Below, piece by piece: positions 41,301-49,737 of a stretch of DNA of 64,000 nt (positions are counted from its first letter, which is position 1; each line of letters begins with the position of its first letter). This stretch comes from Kiritimatiellia bacterium (lineage in GTDB: Bacteria > Verrucomicrobiota > Kiritimatiellia > RFP12 > UBA1067), in NCBI GenBank assembly GCA_050949565.1, contig JBMNFY010000017.1:1056001-1120000 (forward strand), given 5' to 3'. Position numbers and translations under genes: made by a program. The notes beneath the pieces were generated by a model, which saw nothing but the letters and a program-made list of their open reading frames with translations, was not told the DNA's origin and made no database searches.

Positions 41301-41684
41301 GAAGATGTTGCGCAGCGGCTTGGCGCAGTGATCCCACTTGCAGTCCCACGAGTTGCCCATGCCGGGTTCGCCCACGCCCTGCGCCTCCCAACATCCGGGC
41401 ACTTGAATGGTTCTGGCATCCGGCCACGGCCGGTTGAAAAAACGATCCCATCCCGGATGACGGCGCGGGCGGACATTGGTGGGTTGCGCGACGAACTCCC
41501 ATTCGCCGCGCAGCGACACCACGCTCTGCAGCGACGACCGCACAGCAGGATTCACCACCGCCGGCAGCGCCTTGCGATAGCCCCACGTGTCCACGCCGGA
41601 GAGAGGGTTTTCTTCAGCGGACGCGCAAACCGCAACCCCCGTCAATGCGATCATTCCGGCCAGAACGGTTCTTTTTGTCATCAC
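38397..41684 (-). CDS. Secreted glycoside hydrolase family 2
   Basis: SLRGEWEF, VPGCWE, GWYRK, GGLYRDV, WSPESPNLY, FGVR, GFNYVRLH, GNE. Confidence 0.85.
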   Translation of the reverse strand: MMTKRTVLAGMIALTGVAVCASAEENPLSGVDTWGYRKALPAVVNPAVRSSLQSVVSLRGEWEFVAQPTNVRPRRHPGWDRFFNRPWPDARTIQVPGCWEAQGVGEPGMGNSWDCKWDHCAKPLRNIFEGEGWYRKTVEIPAAWQGKRIWLKVGGVRSQGWFWVNHTPVAWVDNYCGTYKYDITDLVQAGTQAVVVASANNVLPSRKGLASSVHRFGGLYRDVEIEATPDTRIDDAWVRGDFDKQTAEVHATIATATEAGRLKNPVLRVTIQSATGNQQSAVGKEVVTFTDGKKSADVVCRVKLDPFMPWSPESPNLYVAEITLCEGETPVHGWTERFGVRKIEVRGDRFFLNNKPFFVRGYGDDCVYPLTLVSPASKETHLKHLKIARAAGFNYVRLHTHCELPEYFEAADEAGIMVQPELPYYGDYPTEAFTFDPMRDLKELYTHYRRYVSFTTYCTGNEGLLGSPLDKELYKLAKRLDPDRLMLHQDGTFNTAENSDFRNGPINVWKPGSVTCDAPFVAHEYLNLSVKQDPRLEERFSGSWLPPVPMAKRDEWLNTAGLDRRWGDACQDAQHALQRYYQKRGVEAARLDPACDGYSFWTIVDVVVQQGDTYSAQGLFDPFWGVKRNGSTPEDFRQFNSATALLLKTDPETRIAVSGDAVKATFWITHYGEAPLAGARVKWALRSGDAVLAQGECDGGDVELGSTRLFAETSITMPNVAKPSHAVLEVAVANAPDPVRNTWDFWVFPKREKQDGAGIAVSPELLPALEKMYAGLAVSGTPEAEKAGLLISRFGAPDVGAALAAGRRVILINGTKGPPNVSLGWWWMGNQVGTAFARHPALGDFPHDGTLSPLSFRILKQGWPLPFAGLLPDEMIVVGEGGKGYFLYAAETRIEAGRVLMTFGLDVLSGTPEGTCLLDGMIRYARSDAFNPKGTVKISTGVQNGWQETVKAGDSGYDNLPLGTYQLDVARAITGKNELIWKTRKMPADVRSKPQAVVTWQGGMGYFAEPQGRFTLYVGDSKLIDIPAISQHDAEWTSADKSAALAYVRDTATAEYGTFTLTLSSTMVTPGEPLLLRVVGSESNSRRWFGVFRTW

Positions 41685-41896
41685 TTCTCCTCCGAAGGCG
41701 GCGGCTTGCCCATGCGTTCTTGATAGTCGGAACGGCTGGCGAGCGCTTCATCCACGGTAAGGTAAACCACCTTGCCGTCGCGCCAGCACGGCACGGGGAG
41801 GCCGGTCTGGCGGTATCCCTCGATCGCTTTCCAGGTAGCCTCGTCCATCGCTTGCACGACCAGCCGGGTTTCTTCTGACATCACGGGTGTCGCCAT
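41681..41896 (-). CDS. Small protein coupled to a zeta-like ATPase (putative antitoxin)
   Basis: 71 aa, overlaps the upstream ATPase; G.PVP.WRDGKVV motif. Confidence 0.55.
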   Translation of the reverse strand: MATPVMSEETRLVVQAMDEATWKAIEGYRQTGLPVPCWRDGKVVYLTVDEALASRSDYQERMGKPPPSEEK

Positions 41897-42654
41897 AGGG
41901 CAATCTCCAGTTTCATTTGGGCGAAGCGCACGGTATCGTACACGATGGCCTCATCGTTTTTCTCATAGACCAAGACGGGCTTCATTCCCGAATTATCGAA
42001 GATGCGGATTTTGTCCATGATGGCGGTATAGGTCTTTAGATTCTTCAGCGACCGATCATACCGCCGCCTCACATCCTGATCGGGAACCGCGTGTCCTCCC
42101 GTCGCAATGCGTTGTCGGATACGGGAGAGGAGCAACTCGCAACTGGGGGTCCAGAGATAGTACAGGTACAACCGGTAACCGGTTGAGCGCAGGTTTTTCA
42201 GCAATTCCAAATAGCCGAGGCCGGAGAGGGTGGTCTCAAATCCGAAATCCTTTTTCGCTGCCGACAGGGAGGCGATCCGTTCCAGAACAAGACGCCCAGC
42301 CCTGACAGCAGCCCGTGTCGCATCAAAAGGAGAGAGGCCCAGTGCGATCAGGTCGGGGTTGACAAACTCCAGACACGCCGCATAGCGTGGTAAAAAATGC
42401 AATGCGAACGTGGATTTTCCTGAGCCGTTCGCGCCGGCGACGATATGGCAGGCAGGGCTGTCAAATAGACGCGAGTCACCGAGAGACTCCCGCACTGCTC
42501 GTGTTGACGGATCAGTCGGCAGCAGGCATTCCGGCACGCCGATATCCGAGAGGATTGCATCAATCAACGCGCTCCGGTCCACCGGTTCGTTATCTGTCCC
42601 TCCAAGGGCAACAGTGTACGGATGGGGGTGCTTTATGTTCTCGCCCGTTTTCAC
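41881..42654 (-). CDS. Zeta-toxin-like P-loop ATPase/kinase
   Basis: IVAGANGSGKST, VNPD.IA, FETTLSG, R...GGH.VP...VRRRY.RS, FDNS. Confidence 0.8.
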   Translation of the reverse strand: MKTGENIKHPHPYTVALGGTDNEPVDRSALIDAILSDIGVPECLLPTDPSTRAVRESLGDSRLFDSPACHIVAGANGSGKSTFALHFLPRYAACLEFVNPDLIALGLSPFDATRAAVRAGRLVLERIASLSAAKKDFGFETTLSGLGYLELLKNLRSTGYRLYLYYLWTPSCELLLSRIRQRIATGGHAVPDQDVRRRYDRSLKNLKTYTAIMDKIRIFDNSGMKPVLVYEKNDEAIVYDTVRFAQMKLEIALWRHP

Positions 42655-42724
42655 AACACGCTTCCAAACTCAAAAACAGCACAAGGTTACACGTTTTCGG
42701 GCTCTCTTGCCAGATGTCTGATTC

Positions 42725-43762
42725 CTAACTTCCTGAGAGCACCTCGTCCAAGAATGCGCGGAGGTTCGCAGTCGACACGCCCGGCGGCAGGCCGCCGCCG
42801 CAGGAGAAGATCACGCGCGTATCATCCGCCGCTGCCGTCTTCATCGCTGCGACATGCTCGCGCACCATGTCGGGCGTTCCGGCTGCGAGGACATCGCGCG
42901 GCGGAATGTTGCCCAGCAGTGCCACTTCGGGCCCCGCCAGCGAGCGGATCTCTGCGAAGGCGTGTTCAAAGCTGAAGTTAAAGAGGTTCACGCCGATGGC
43001 GGCCAGTTGCGGCGCGCAACTCAAGCCATTGGCATCGTTGTGGAACAGGCGGACATCGCTGTCGATGGCGTCGAAGCCCCGCTTGAGGTACGGTGCCGCG
43101 AACGAAGCCACATCATCTGGGCCGATGAACCCCACGATGTCGTCAAGCAGCATGACCCCGCGGATCGTGGGGAACGTCGCGGCCTGTAGCTTGATCCAGT
43201 CTTCCAAGAACGCTGTGATCGTGTCCAGCATGGCGTGCGTCCCATCAGGGTCGAGTTGCATGGCCATCAGGAACTCGGTTGTGCCCATCAAGAACGAGGC
43301 GATGTTCAGCGGGCCGCGCGCCACCGCGAAACGGATCGCGTGGCCCTCGGCCTCAATCGCGGGCTGCGCCCGCACCAGACGGCGCAGCACGAACGGCAGC
43401 AATCCCGCAGCGTTCGGGTCCGGTTTTTCCAGTACCGGTGCCGATTCGCTACAGCGCGCGATCGGTTCCGCGAAGGGCAGTTCGTTCTCGTACCAGATCA
43501 GGCGAGTACCGAACGCGGACGGCTCGGTACACATCCCGTATTCCGACCAGAACCCCGGTATGAATATCGCCTCCGGAAACGTACGGATCGCCTTCAGGTT
43601 GGTTCCCAGCCAGACCTGCTCCGAGGCGAAATAGTCGAGGACCGTCGCTTGGCCGCTCCACCCCGGCAACCATGGACTGTCCGCGATGAATCCGCACAGC
43701 GGTTGCTCAAGCCGTGCTCCTTGCACCACCGCCAACAGCATCTCCCACTGAAGCTGAGTCAT
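42725..43762 (-). CDS. Uroporphyrinogen decarboxylase (URO-D/MtaA)-family protein
   Basis: RGPLNIAS.L.G, LDD, FHND, LLGNIPP, IFSCGGG.PPG. Confidence 0.8.
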   Translation of the reverse strand: MTQLQWEMLLAVVQGARLEQPLCGFIADSPWLPGWSGQATVLDYFASEQVWLGTNLKAIRTFPEAIFIPGFWSEYGMCTEPSAFGTRLIWYENELPFAEPIARCSESAPVLEKPDPNAAGLLPFVLRRLVRAQPAIEAEGHAIRFAVARGPLNIASFLMGTTEFLMAMQLDPDGTHAMLDTITAFLEDWIKLQAATFPTIRGVMLLDDIVGFIGPDDVASFAAPYLKRGFDAIDSDVRLFHNDANGLSCAPQLAAIGVNLFNFSFEHAFAEIRSLAGPEVALLGNIPPRDVLAAGTPDMVREHVAAMKTAAADDTRVIFSCGGGLPPGVSTANLRAFLDEVLSGS

Positions 43763-45165
43763 ACGCCACTCCTCGAAAGCCGTTCGTACGCCCGGCGTGT
43801 GCCGTACGGCGCACGCTCCGCGCGGGCCAGCATGGCATTCGCCGCATCATCGTTCACGAAACGCTCGGCCTTGGGATCCCATGTCAACTTGCGTCCCAAC
43901 TTCATGCCGATGTGCGCCAGCAGGCAAGCGCTGCACGAGCGGTGTGCCGTCTCGGCCGGCACCAGCGACTCGGCGCGCGATCGGATACAATCGATCCAGT
44001 TCTGGTGGTGCTGGCCACGGTGGCGGTAAAGCTTCACGTCGTTGTCACCGATCTCGCCTTCCAGCAGTTTCGGATCGCTCGCGTCGAGCGGTTTCAGGGT
44101 GCGGCCTGATGAACCAGGATCGGAAGCGGTGACCTTCTGCGAGCCGCGGCTCACGAAGATCCATCCCTTCTCGCCGATGAAGCGTATGCCGTTCGGGAAC
44201 TTGTCCCAGACGCGCATCGACGTGCCGTCAGCGTAGGTCAGTGTCACATCATAATCGCCATGCACGTCCCACAGTCCGCCGGTATGAAAAACACCTTTGC
44301 CTTCGATCGCCACCGGTCCGGTCGCTTCCCAGCCCATTGCCCAGTGCGCGATGTCGAGGTGGTGCGAGCCCCAGCCCGTGATCATGCCCGCGCCGAACTG
44401 CTCGCAGCGCAGCCAGCCCGGACGCGAGGTAAGCTTCGGGTCGTCCTGCTTGTGGACGCGGTCTTCGGTGTAGGGCACCTGCGGCGTGGAGCCCAGCCAC
44501 ATGTCGTAGTCCAGATTCTTCGGCACCGGCATGGTTTCCGTCCGACCACCGCCCGGATCGCCGGGCAGACCGATCTCAATGGTTTTGATCGTGCCGAGAC
44601 GCCCATTGCGCACCAACTCGCATGCGCGATGAAACTGCGACGAAGAGCGCTGCTGCGAGCCGAGCAAAAAGACGCGCCGGTTCAGGCGGATCGCGTCACT
44701 GAAGAGCCGTCCCTCGGTGATGGTCAGCGAAGCAGGCTTCTGCATGAACACGTCTTTACCTGCGAACGCCGCTTCCACGGCGGGCTGACTGTGCCAATGG
44801 TCAGGCGTCGAGATCGACACCGCATCGATGTCTTTGCGCGCGATCAACTCGCGATAGTCCCGGTGCAGTCCCACGTCAACAGAGGTGCCTTTGCTGGCGT
44901 AATGTTGGTCTAGATACGCCTTGCCCAGCGCCATCCGCTTCGTGTCCAGATCAGAGAGCGCGACAATCCGCACGCCACGACAAGTCAGAATCCCCGGCAC
45001 ATCCATGCCCTTGGCGATTCGCCCAAAACCGATCTGTCCCACTTGGATCGTCTTGCTCGGTGCCTCTTGTCCCAGCACTCGCGCCGGGATGATCGACGGA
45101 AACGCCGCCACCCAAACCCCCGCCACACCCGTCTTGATCGCCATTCTGCGTGTCATCCGTTGCAT
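43759..45165 (-). CDS. Tat-exported Gfo/Idh/MocA oxidoreductase
   Basis: TRR signal; IGFGRI, STPDHWH, QKP, GSQQRS, WGSHHLD. Confidence 0.9.
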   Translation of the reverse strand: MQRMTRRMAIKTGVAGVWVAAFPSIIPARVLGQEAPSKTIQVGQIGFGRIAKGMDVPGILTCRGVRIVALSDLDTKRMALGKAYLDQHYASKGTSVDVGLHRDYRELIARKDIDAVSISTPDHWHSQPAVEAAFAGKDVFMQKPASLTITEGRLFSDAIRLNRRVFLLGSQQRSSSQFHRACELVRNGRLGTIKTIEIGLPGDPGGGRTETMPVPKNLDYDMWLGSTPQVPYTEDRVHKQDDPKLTSRPGWLRCEQFGAGMITGWGSHHLDIAHWAMGWEATGPVAIEGKGVFHTGGLWDVHGDYDVTLTYADGTSMRVWDKFPNGIRFIGEKGWIFVSRGSQKVTASDPGSSGRTLKPLDASDPKLLEGEIGDNDVKLYRHRGQHHQNWIDCIRSRAESLVPAETAHRSCSACLLAHIGMKLGRKLTWDPKAERFVNDDAANAMLARAERAPYGTRRAYERLSRSGV

Positions 45166-45280
45166 CGTGTCGCCCTCCTCGTTTGGACCAACGTTGCCTT
45201 AAACCGACGTAGGAGACTACTTTAGCAGACACGGACGATGTTTTCACCTTTAAGATTCCAGTTTTGCATGCGCGCGGTCG

Positions 45281-45332
45281 TCCGCACGAAATAGAGTTCC
45301 ACCGCGTTGCCCATGCTGTTCGTGCTATCCAT
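45281..45332 (-). pseudogene. Truncated stub of a further metzincin tip cassette
   Basis: [18 protein letters not shown], then unrelated sequence; follows the partner stop with the TGACAGCATGG junction. Confidence 0.7.
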
Positions 45333-45336
45333 GCTG

Positions 45337-46242
45337 TCACGCCGCTTTGCGCACCCTTCTCCGCCGAACGGCGAGCCACGCCGCTACAGCGCACACCGCG
45401 AGCGCGACAAACCCTACAGCGACAGCGATGGCGACCTTCACGGGGCTTCTAGCGGGCGCGTCATCCGGCAATGGCGGAAGGTCGGGAAAACGCTTGCGCA
45501 AGTCGATGCGTTTTCTCGGAGGCACAGCCTCGATGCTTTGCTTGATTGGGAGGCATTTTTCCCGTTTCACTTCATTCTTCTTGTCTGCATCCAAGATATT
45601 TGTCCACAGGGTCAGCCTTTGCCAGCTTGTTGGATATCCCTCGCAATGCCGGAGAAGAAAATCATCCACGTGGCGAGCTTCCGAAGCAGAATACGCAAAC
45701 TGCGTATACATCACAAGAGCATCCACTAGCCGAGCTAACGTTTCCTTTGACATTTCGTTTTGTGCTATAGCAGCTTCAACTTTGTTCAGGCACGCAGGGG
45801 TTACTGCATAACGCCAACTGATGATCGTTTTATCTTCATCGTCGATCTTCAAAATCTTCGGCAGGAACGTAGCGCACTCCTCCCCCGTCGCGAGGGAAGC
45901 GTAGATTTCTGCGGCACGTGCGCGGATAAAGCGGGAGGCGTTCGTCATGAGGCTTTTCTCCTCCAAAAACGGGAGGGCCGCCCGGTCGCCCAGCTTTTCA
46001 ACCATGTTGAGCAACCCACAGAAATACGGCGCCCCCCCCCCCCAGTTTTCAGACGGGGGGTGTCCCTGATCGAGGGCGAGCACCGCCTTTTCATCTTGGT
46101 TGTACCGTTCAATCAAAAGGTCAAGGGTCCAGCCGTTCGCGAGCACCTCTTCGCGTCCCCCGCAAAGCCCGCCCCACGGGAACATAAGGGAGAGCAGGAG
46201 AAGCCGGATAAGGCTGTAGATGCTGTGTATTCGTAGTGCCAT
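45337..46242 (-). CDS. Locus B partner 4 (signal peptide, helical body, C-terminal TM anchor)
   Basis: RBS AAAGAGGAGG; LPFLEEKS..IRARAAEIY; conserved RIDLRKRFPDLPPLPDDAPARSPVKVA-TM-RRRR tail. Confidence 0.82.
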   Translation of the reverse strand: MALRIHSIYSLIRLLLLSLMFPWGGLCGGREEVLANGWTLDLLIERYNQDEKAVLALDQGHPPSENWGGGAPYFCGLLNMVEKLGDRAALPFLEEKSLMTNASRFIRARAAEIYASLATGEECATFLPKILKIDDEDKTIISWRYAVTPACLNKVEAAIAQNEMSKETLARLVDALVMYTQFAYSASEARHVDDFLLRHCEGYPTSWQRLTLWTNILDADKKNEVKREKCLPIKQSIEAVPPRKRIDLRKRFPDLPPLPDDAPARSPVKVAIAVAVGFVALAVCAVAAWLAVRRRRVRKAA

Positions 46243-46256
46243 GTTTAACCTCCTCT

Positions 46257-46712
46257 TTAATAGCTACCGGGATTCCGCTGGATAGCACTCTGGCCGACCC
46301 CGGCATTGCCCAACGTTCTGACGGTGCCGCCCCCGGCATGCCGCCACCCGTAGACGGTGCCGCGCGGCAGGCACACGCTTGCCGAAAGCGGGGGCTCGGG
46401 ACCAAAACCACCCGAGCGCATGATGAGCCGCGTGATCAACTCCCGCTGCGTCAGCCCCGGCGGATAGTAGCCCCCGCCCCAGTCGGCGGGGACACGCTCT
46501 GCGGAGACTGGCCCGGAGACCGGGTTGGGATCCGGCCCGCCGGGATTCTTGACGGTATAGATGTCTTCCAGCCCGCAGTCGTGCAGCACCTCGTGCGCGA
46601 TCACATTGGCATCACCGGCGGTCGCGATAACGATGCCCTCCGGCCAGCGTACCCCTCCAACCGCCCCACCCTCAAGCGTATCCACAAAGTATAGCTCCAC
46701 CACATTGCCCAT
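46257..46712 (-). CDS. Orphan metzincin tip cassette 3
   Basis: MGNVVELYFV...[15 protein letters not shown]...ADWGGGYY...RLIMRS. Confidence 0.8.
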   Translation of the reverse strand: MGNVVELYFVDTLEGGAVGGVRWPEGIVIATAGDANVIAHEVLHDCGLEDIYTVKNPGGPDPNPVSGPVSAERVPADWGGGYYPPGLTQRELITRLIMRSGGFGPEPPLSASVCLPRGTVYGWRHAGGGTVRTLGNAGVGQSAIQRNPGSY

Positions 46713-46716
46713 GCTG

Positions 46717-47694
46717 TCACGCCGCTTTGCGCACCTTTCTCCGCCGCAAGGCAAGCCACGCCGCTACCACTGCGACAATCCCCGTGCCGACAGCGATAGC
46801 GACCTTCACGGGGCTTCTAGCGGGCGCGTCACCCGGTAACGGCGACAGATCGGGAAAACGCTTGCGCAGGTCAGTGCGTTTTCGGGGGGGGGTGGCCTCA
46901 ATTGCCTCTTTGATTGGAAGATAGTTTTTTCTCTTCAACTCATTTTCTTTATCCTCGTCCAGTATCCTGCTCCATAACGATAAGCGCTGTTCGCTAATTT
47001 TGTAGCCGTAACAGTGTTTGACCAGAAAATCATCCACCCATGAGGCTTCGCTTGCATACGATGTGATTTGCGTATATGCCATAAGAAGCGACAAAAGCCG
47101 TTCTTCGGTTTCATCAGAAACAGAGTGGTTTGCAATCGCGGACTCCATTTTTCCCAAGAACAGAGGGGTGACCCTGGATCGCCAAAATCCCTTATCAGCG
47201 TTGATGCCAAAGGCTTTTCTCATGAACTCAATGCACTCCTCTACACTCGCGATATTGACATAGACCTCCGCAGCGGCAGAACGGATGGATCTTCGAATTT
47301 CAGGATCAAGGCTCTTTTCCTCCAGATAAGGCAGAAGCGAGCGGTCACCGGAGTGCGCCACAAGTTGCAACAGCCTGACCGCGTTGTTGGCAATTGATAT
47401 CCGTCCAGTGTTTTTCACGTAGGCGATATAGCCGTCAATCGCCTCCTTAGCAAGGTCGAGGATGCGCCGCTTGTCAACGCCTGCCTCCTCGCACCGCTTC
47501 TCCATCATCCGATAGTAGTCCGCCACGGTCGGCAGGTTCTGTTGGTGGGGGTCGCCCTCATTATCCGCCTCCATAAACACGATGCCTTCAAGCATGTCGC
47601 GTATGGCCTCGTCGTCGAAGGGCCTTGCGACCGGATTTTGAGCTGCGGACACCAGCGTGGCGACCGTGACGTAAAACAACAACACCTTTCTCAT
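46717..47694 (-). CDS. Locus B partner 3
   Basis: RBS GGAGGAGG; signal peptide; conserved C-terminal anchor. Confidence 0.82.
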   Translation of the reverse strand: MRKVLLFYVTVATLVSAAQNPVARPFDDEAIRDMLEGIVFMEADNEGDPHQQNLPTVADYYRMMEKRCEEAGVDKRRILDLAKEAIDGYIAYVKNTGRISIANNAVRLLQLVAHSGDRSLLPYLEEKSLDPEIRRSIRSAAAEVYVNIASVEECIEFMRKAFGINADKGFWRSRVTPLFLGKMESAIANHSVSDETEERLLSLLMAYTQITSYASEASWVDDFLVKHCYGYKISEQRLSLWSRILDEDKENELKRKNYLPIKEAIEATPPRKRTDLRKRFPDLSPLPGDAPARSPVKVAIAVGTGIVAVVAAWLALRRRKVRKAA

Positions 47695-47704
47695 ATCCTC
47701 CTCC

Positions 47705-48424
47705 TTACTCGCTGACCGGATTCTGATGACAGCCGGACAGGCCGACGTTCCTCAACTCCAACTCATCGGACGGATCACCCGTCGTGCTGAAATTGCGATA
47801 ACCCCACACACTCCCTGACGGAATGTCGGCCCGGGGGAGCGGCACGTTCGTGTAGCCCCCCGGACTCATGATCAGGCGGGCGACCACGAACTTCTGCATC
47901 AGCCCCGGCTCGTAATAGCCGCCGCACCAGTCGGACGGCAGCATTTCCGGCGCGCTCACGTCGGGGATGGAGACCTTGGTGCCCTGCGGAAGGATCGTTA
48001 TTTGGGGATAGATGTCAGCGAGGCCACAGGCGTGCAGCACCTCGTGCGCGATTGTGGTCGCATCGCCGTCTTGGGCTATGGCGATGCCTTTGATGCGCCT
48101 GACACCCTTGAGATTCACATTGTTATCCCCCGTGATCGTCTGTACGAAATACAGTTCCACGCCGCCGGTGCCCGACGAGCTATCCATGAGCGCGTCGAAT
48201 TCGTACACGGCCGCCGGCGTGGTGTTGCTCGGGTTCAGCCACGCGGCATTGTCAGCGTAATGCACCGTCCCGCTCTGGACCAGCGTCAGCCCGCGTTGCC
48301 ACAGGATCTTGTTGGCATCCGCCAAGAGGCCGGGGATCTCGGCGGCATCGCGGGCGGCAATCATGCCCAAGTCGTCTCTCACGATCCAGACGGTGACGGG
48401 CACGTTGACGGCGGGGCACGACAT
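47705..48424 (-). CDS. Orphan metzincin tip cassette 2 (long form)
   Basis: [16 protein letters not shown]...[29 protein letters not shown] matches the main gene; TIAHEVLHACGLADIY...RLIMSP. Confidence 0.8.
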   Translation of the reverse strand: MSCPAVNVPVTVWIVRDDLGMIAARDAAEIPGLLADANKILWQRGLTLVQSGTVHYADNAAWLNPSNTTPAAVYEFDALMDSSSGTGGVELYFVQTITGDNNVNLKGVRRIKGIAIAQDGDATTIAHEVLHACGLADIYPQITILPQGTKVSIPDVSAPEMLPSDWCGGYYEPGLMQKFVVARLIMSPGGYTNVPLPRADIPSGSVWGYRNFSTTGDPSDELELRNVGLSGCHQNPVSE

Positions 48425-48435
48425 TGTCCATGCTG

Positions 48436-49269
48436 TCACGCAGCTTTGCGCACCTTTCTCCGCCGAACGGCGAGCCACGCCGCTACCACTGCAACAATCC
48501 CCGCGATGATGGCGAACGCGACTTTCACAGGGCTTCTAGCGGGCGCATCATCCGGCAACGGCGGCAGATCGGGAAAACGCTTGCGCAAGTCGATGCGCTG
48601 TCTTGGGGGAATTTTGTCGAAGTGCGCCTTGATGGGATGAAACGTATTCGTCACCCATTCGTTGCCCTCCGTGGCGAACCGTGTGAGGCAAGCGCGTTGA
48701 ACACTGTTCGTGTACTGGGGCACCGCTTGTAGCATATAAAGGTTGATACGGTTTGCGGCGTCTCGCACATCGGTTTTTTGCATGATGGTCAGCAAAACGG
48801 TATGCACGCGCGACAGGGCATCGCTGGAGAGTCTGTTTTTCACCTCCGGCGTCAGCTTGTCGAGGTACTGTTGAATCAATAGCCACTTTCCCTGCTTGAC
48901 AGTGGGATCATCACAATATTTGGCTAAGAACAACACGCTATCCTCCACGTCCGCGATATCGACATACGTTTCTGCGGCGGCAGATCGGATAAGTTCATGC
49001 GTTTCAGGATCAAAACTTTTCTCCTTCAGGAACGGGAGTACTTCGCGTCCACCTTTTTGCCCGATGTTCGCCATCAGCGCGGCGGCGGCACCCACATTGT
49101 AGTTCGACCCGGCCTGAAAACTCGCTTCAAACTTACTGTATACCTCTAGCATTTCAGACAGCGGGCGGCGTGAATAATCCGCGTACTGGCTGGCCGTAAC
49201 CGTGGCGGAGTAAAGAATGATCGCGCAAACGATCAGGCGATACGATACTTGACGTGCATTCATTTTCAT
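48436..49269 (-). CDS. Locus B partner 2
   Basis: Close paralogue of 49734-50573 with the same anchor. Confidence 0.82.
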   Translation of the reverse strand: MKMNARQVSYRLIVCAIILYSATVTASQYADYSRRPLSEMLEVYSKFEASFQAGSNYNVGAAAALMANIGQKGGREVLPFLKEKSFDPETHELIRSAAAETYVDIADVEDSVLFLAKYCDDPTVKQGKWLLIQQYLDKLTPEVKNRLSSDALSRVHTVLLTIMQKTDVRDAANRINLYMLQAVPQYTNSVQRACLTRFATEGNEWVTNTFHPIKAHFDKIPPRQRIDLRKRFPDLPPLPDDAPARSPVKVAFAIIAGIVAVVAAWLAVRRRKVRKAA

Positions 49270-49275
49270 CCCTCC

Positions 49276-49737
49276 TTAGTGGCTTCCCGGGGTTCTTATG
49301 ATCGACGACTGGCCTACCTTGGCTGGACCCAGGATGGTCGGCGCTTCGCCGCCGAGCCACTCGTGATGCCATCCCCGGATATTTCCCGACGGCAGATCGC
49401 CACCTCTGGTCTCTTGCGGATCGAGGCGCGAGCACATCACGAGCCTTTTGATCAGGCCGTGCTGGAGCACCCACGGGTTGTAATAACCGCCGCCCCAGTC
49501 GGCAGGGATGCTCTGTTCCGCGACCAGCTCCAAAAGAGGGTTCCCTTGGCCGTCGGCGATGTAGATGTCCTCCAGCCCGCAGTCATGCAATACCTCGTGC
49601 GCGATAGCCCAGCTGCCTTCGCCGCTTGCGATCGCGATGCCCTTCGGGTGGCGCAGACCGGCATCCGCCCTTCCGTTCAGTGTCCGAACGAAGTAGAGTT
49701 CCACCGCGTTGCCCATGCTGTTCGTGCTGTCCATCAT
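49276..49737 (-). CDS. Orphan metzincin tip cassette 1
   Basis: [17 protein letters not shown] identical to the main gene; [16 protein letters not shown]...RLVMCS. Confidence 0.8.
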   Translation of the reverse strand: MMDSTNSMGNAVELYFVRTLNGRADAGLRHPKGIAIASGEGSWAIAHEVLHDCGLEDIYIADGQGNPLLELVAEQSIPADWGGGYYNPWVLQHGLIKRLVMCSRLDPQETRGGDLPSGNIRGWHHEWLGGEAPTILGPAKVGQSSIIRTPGSH

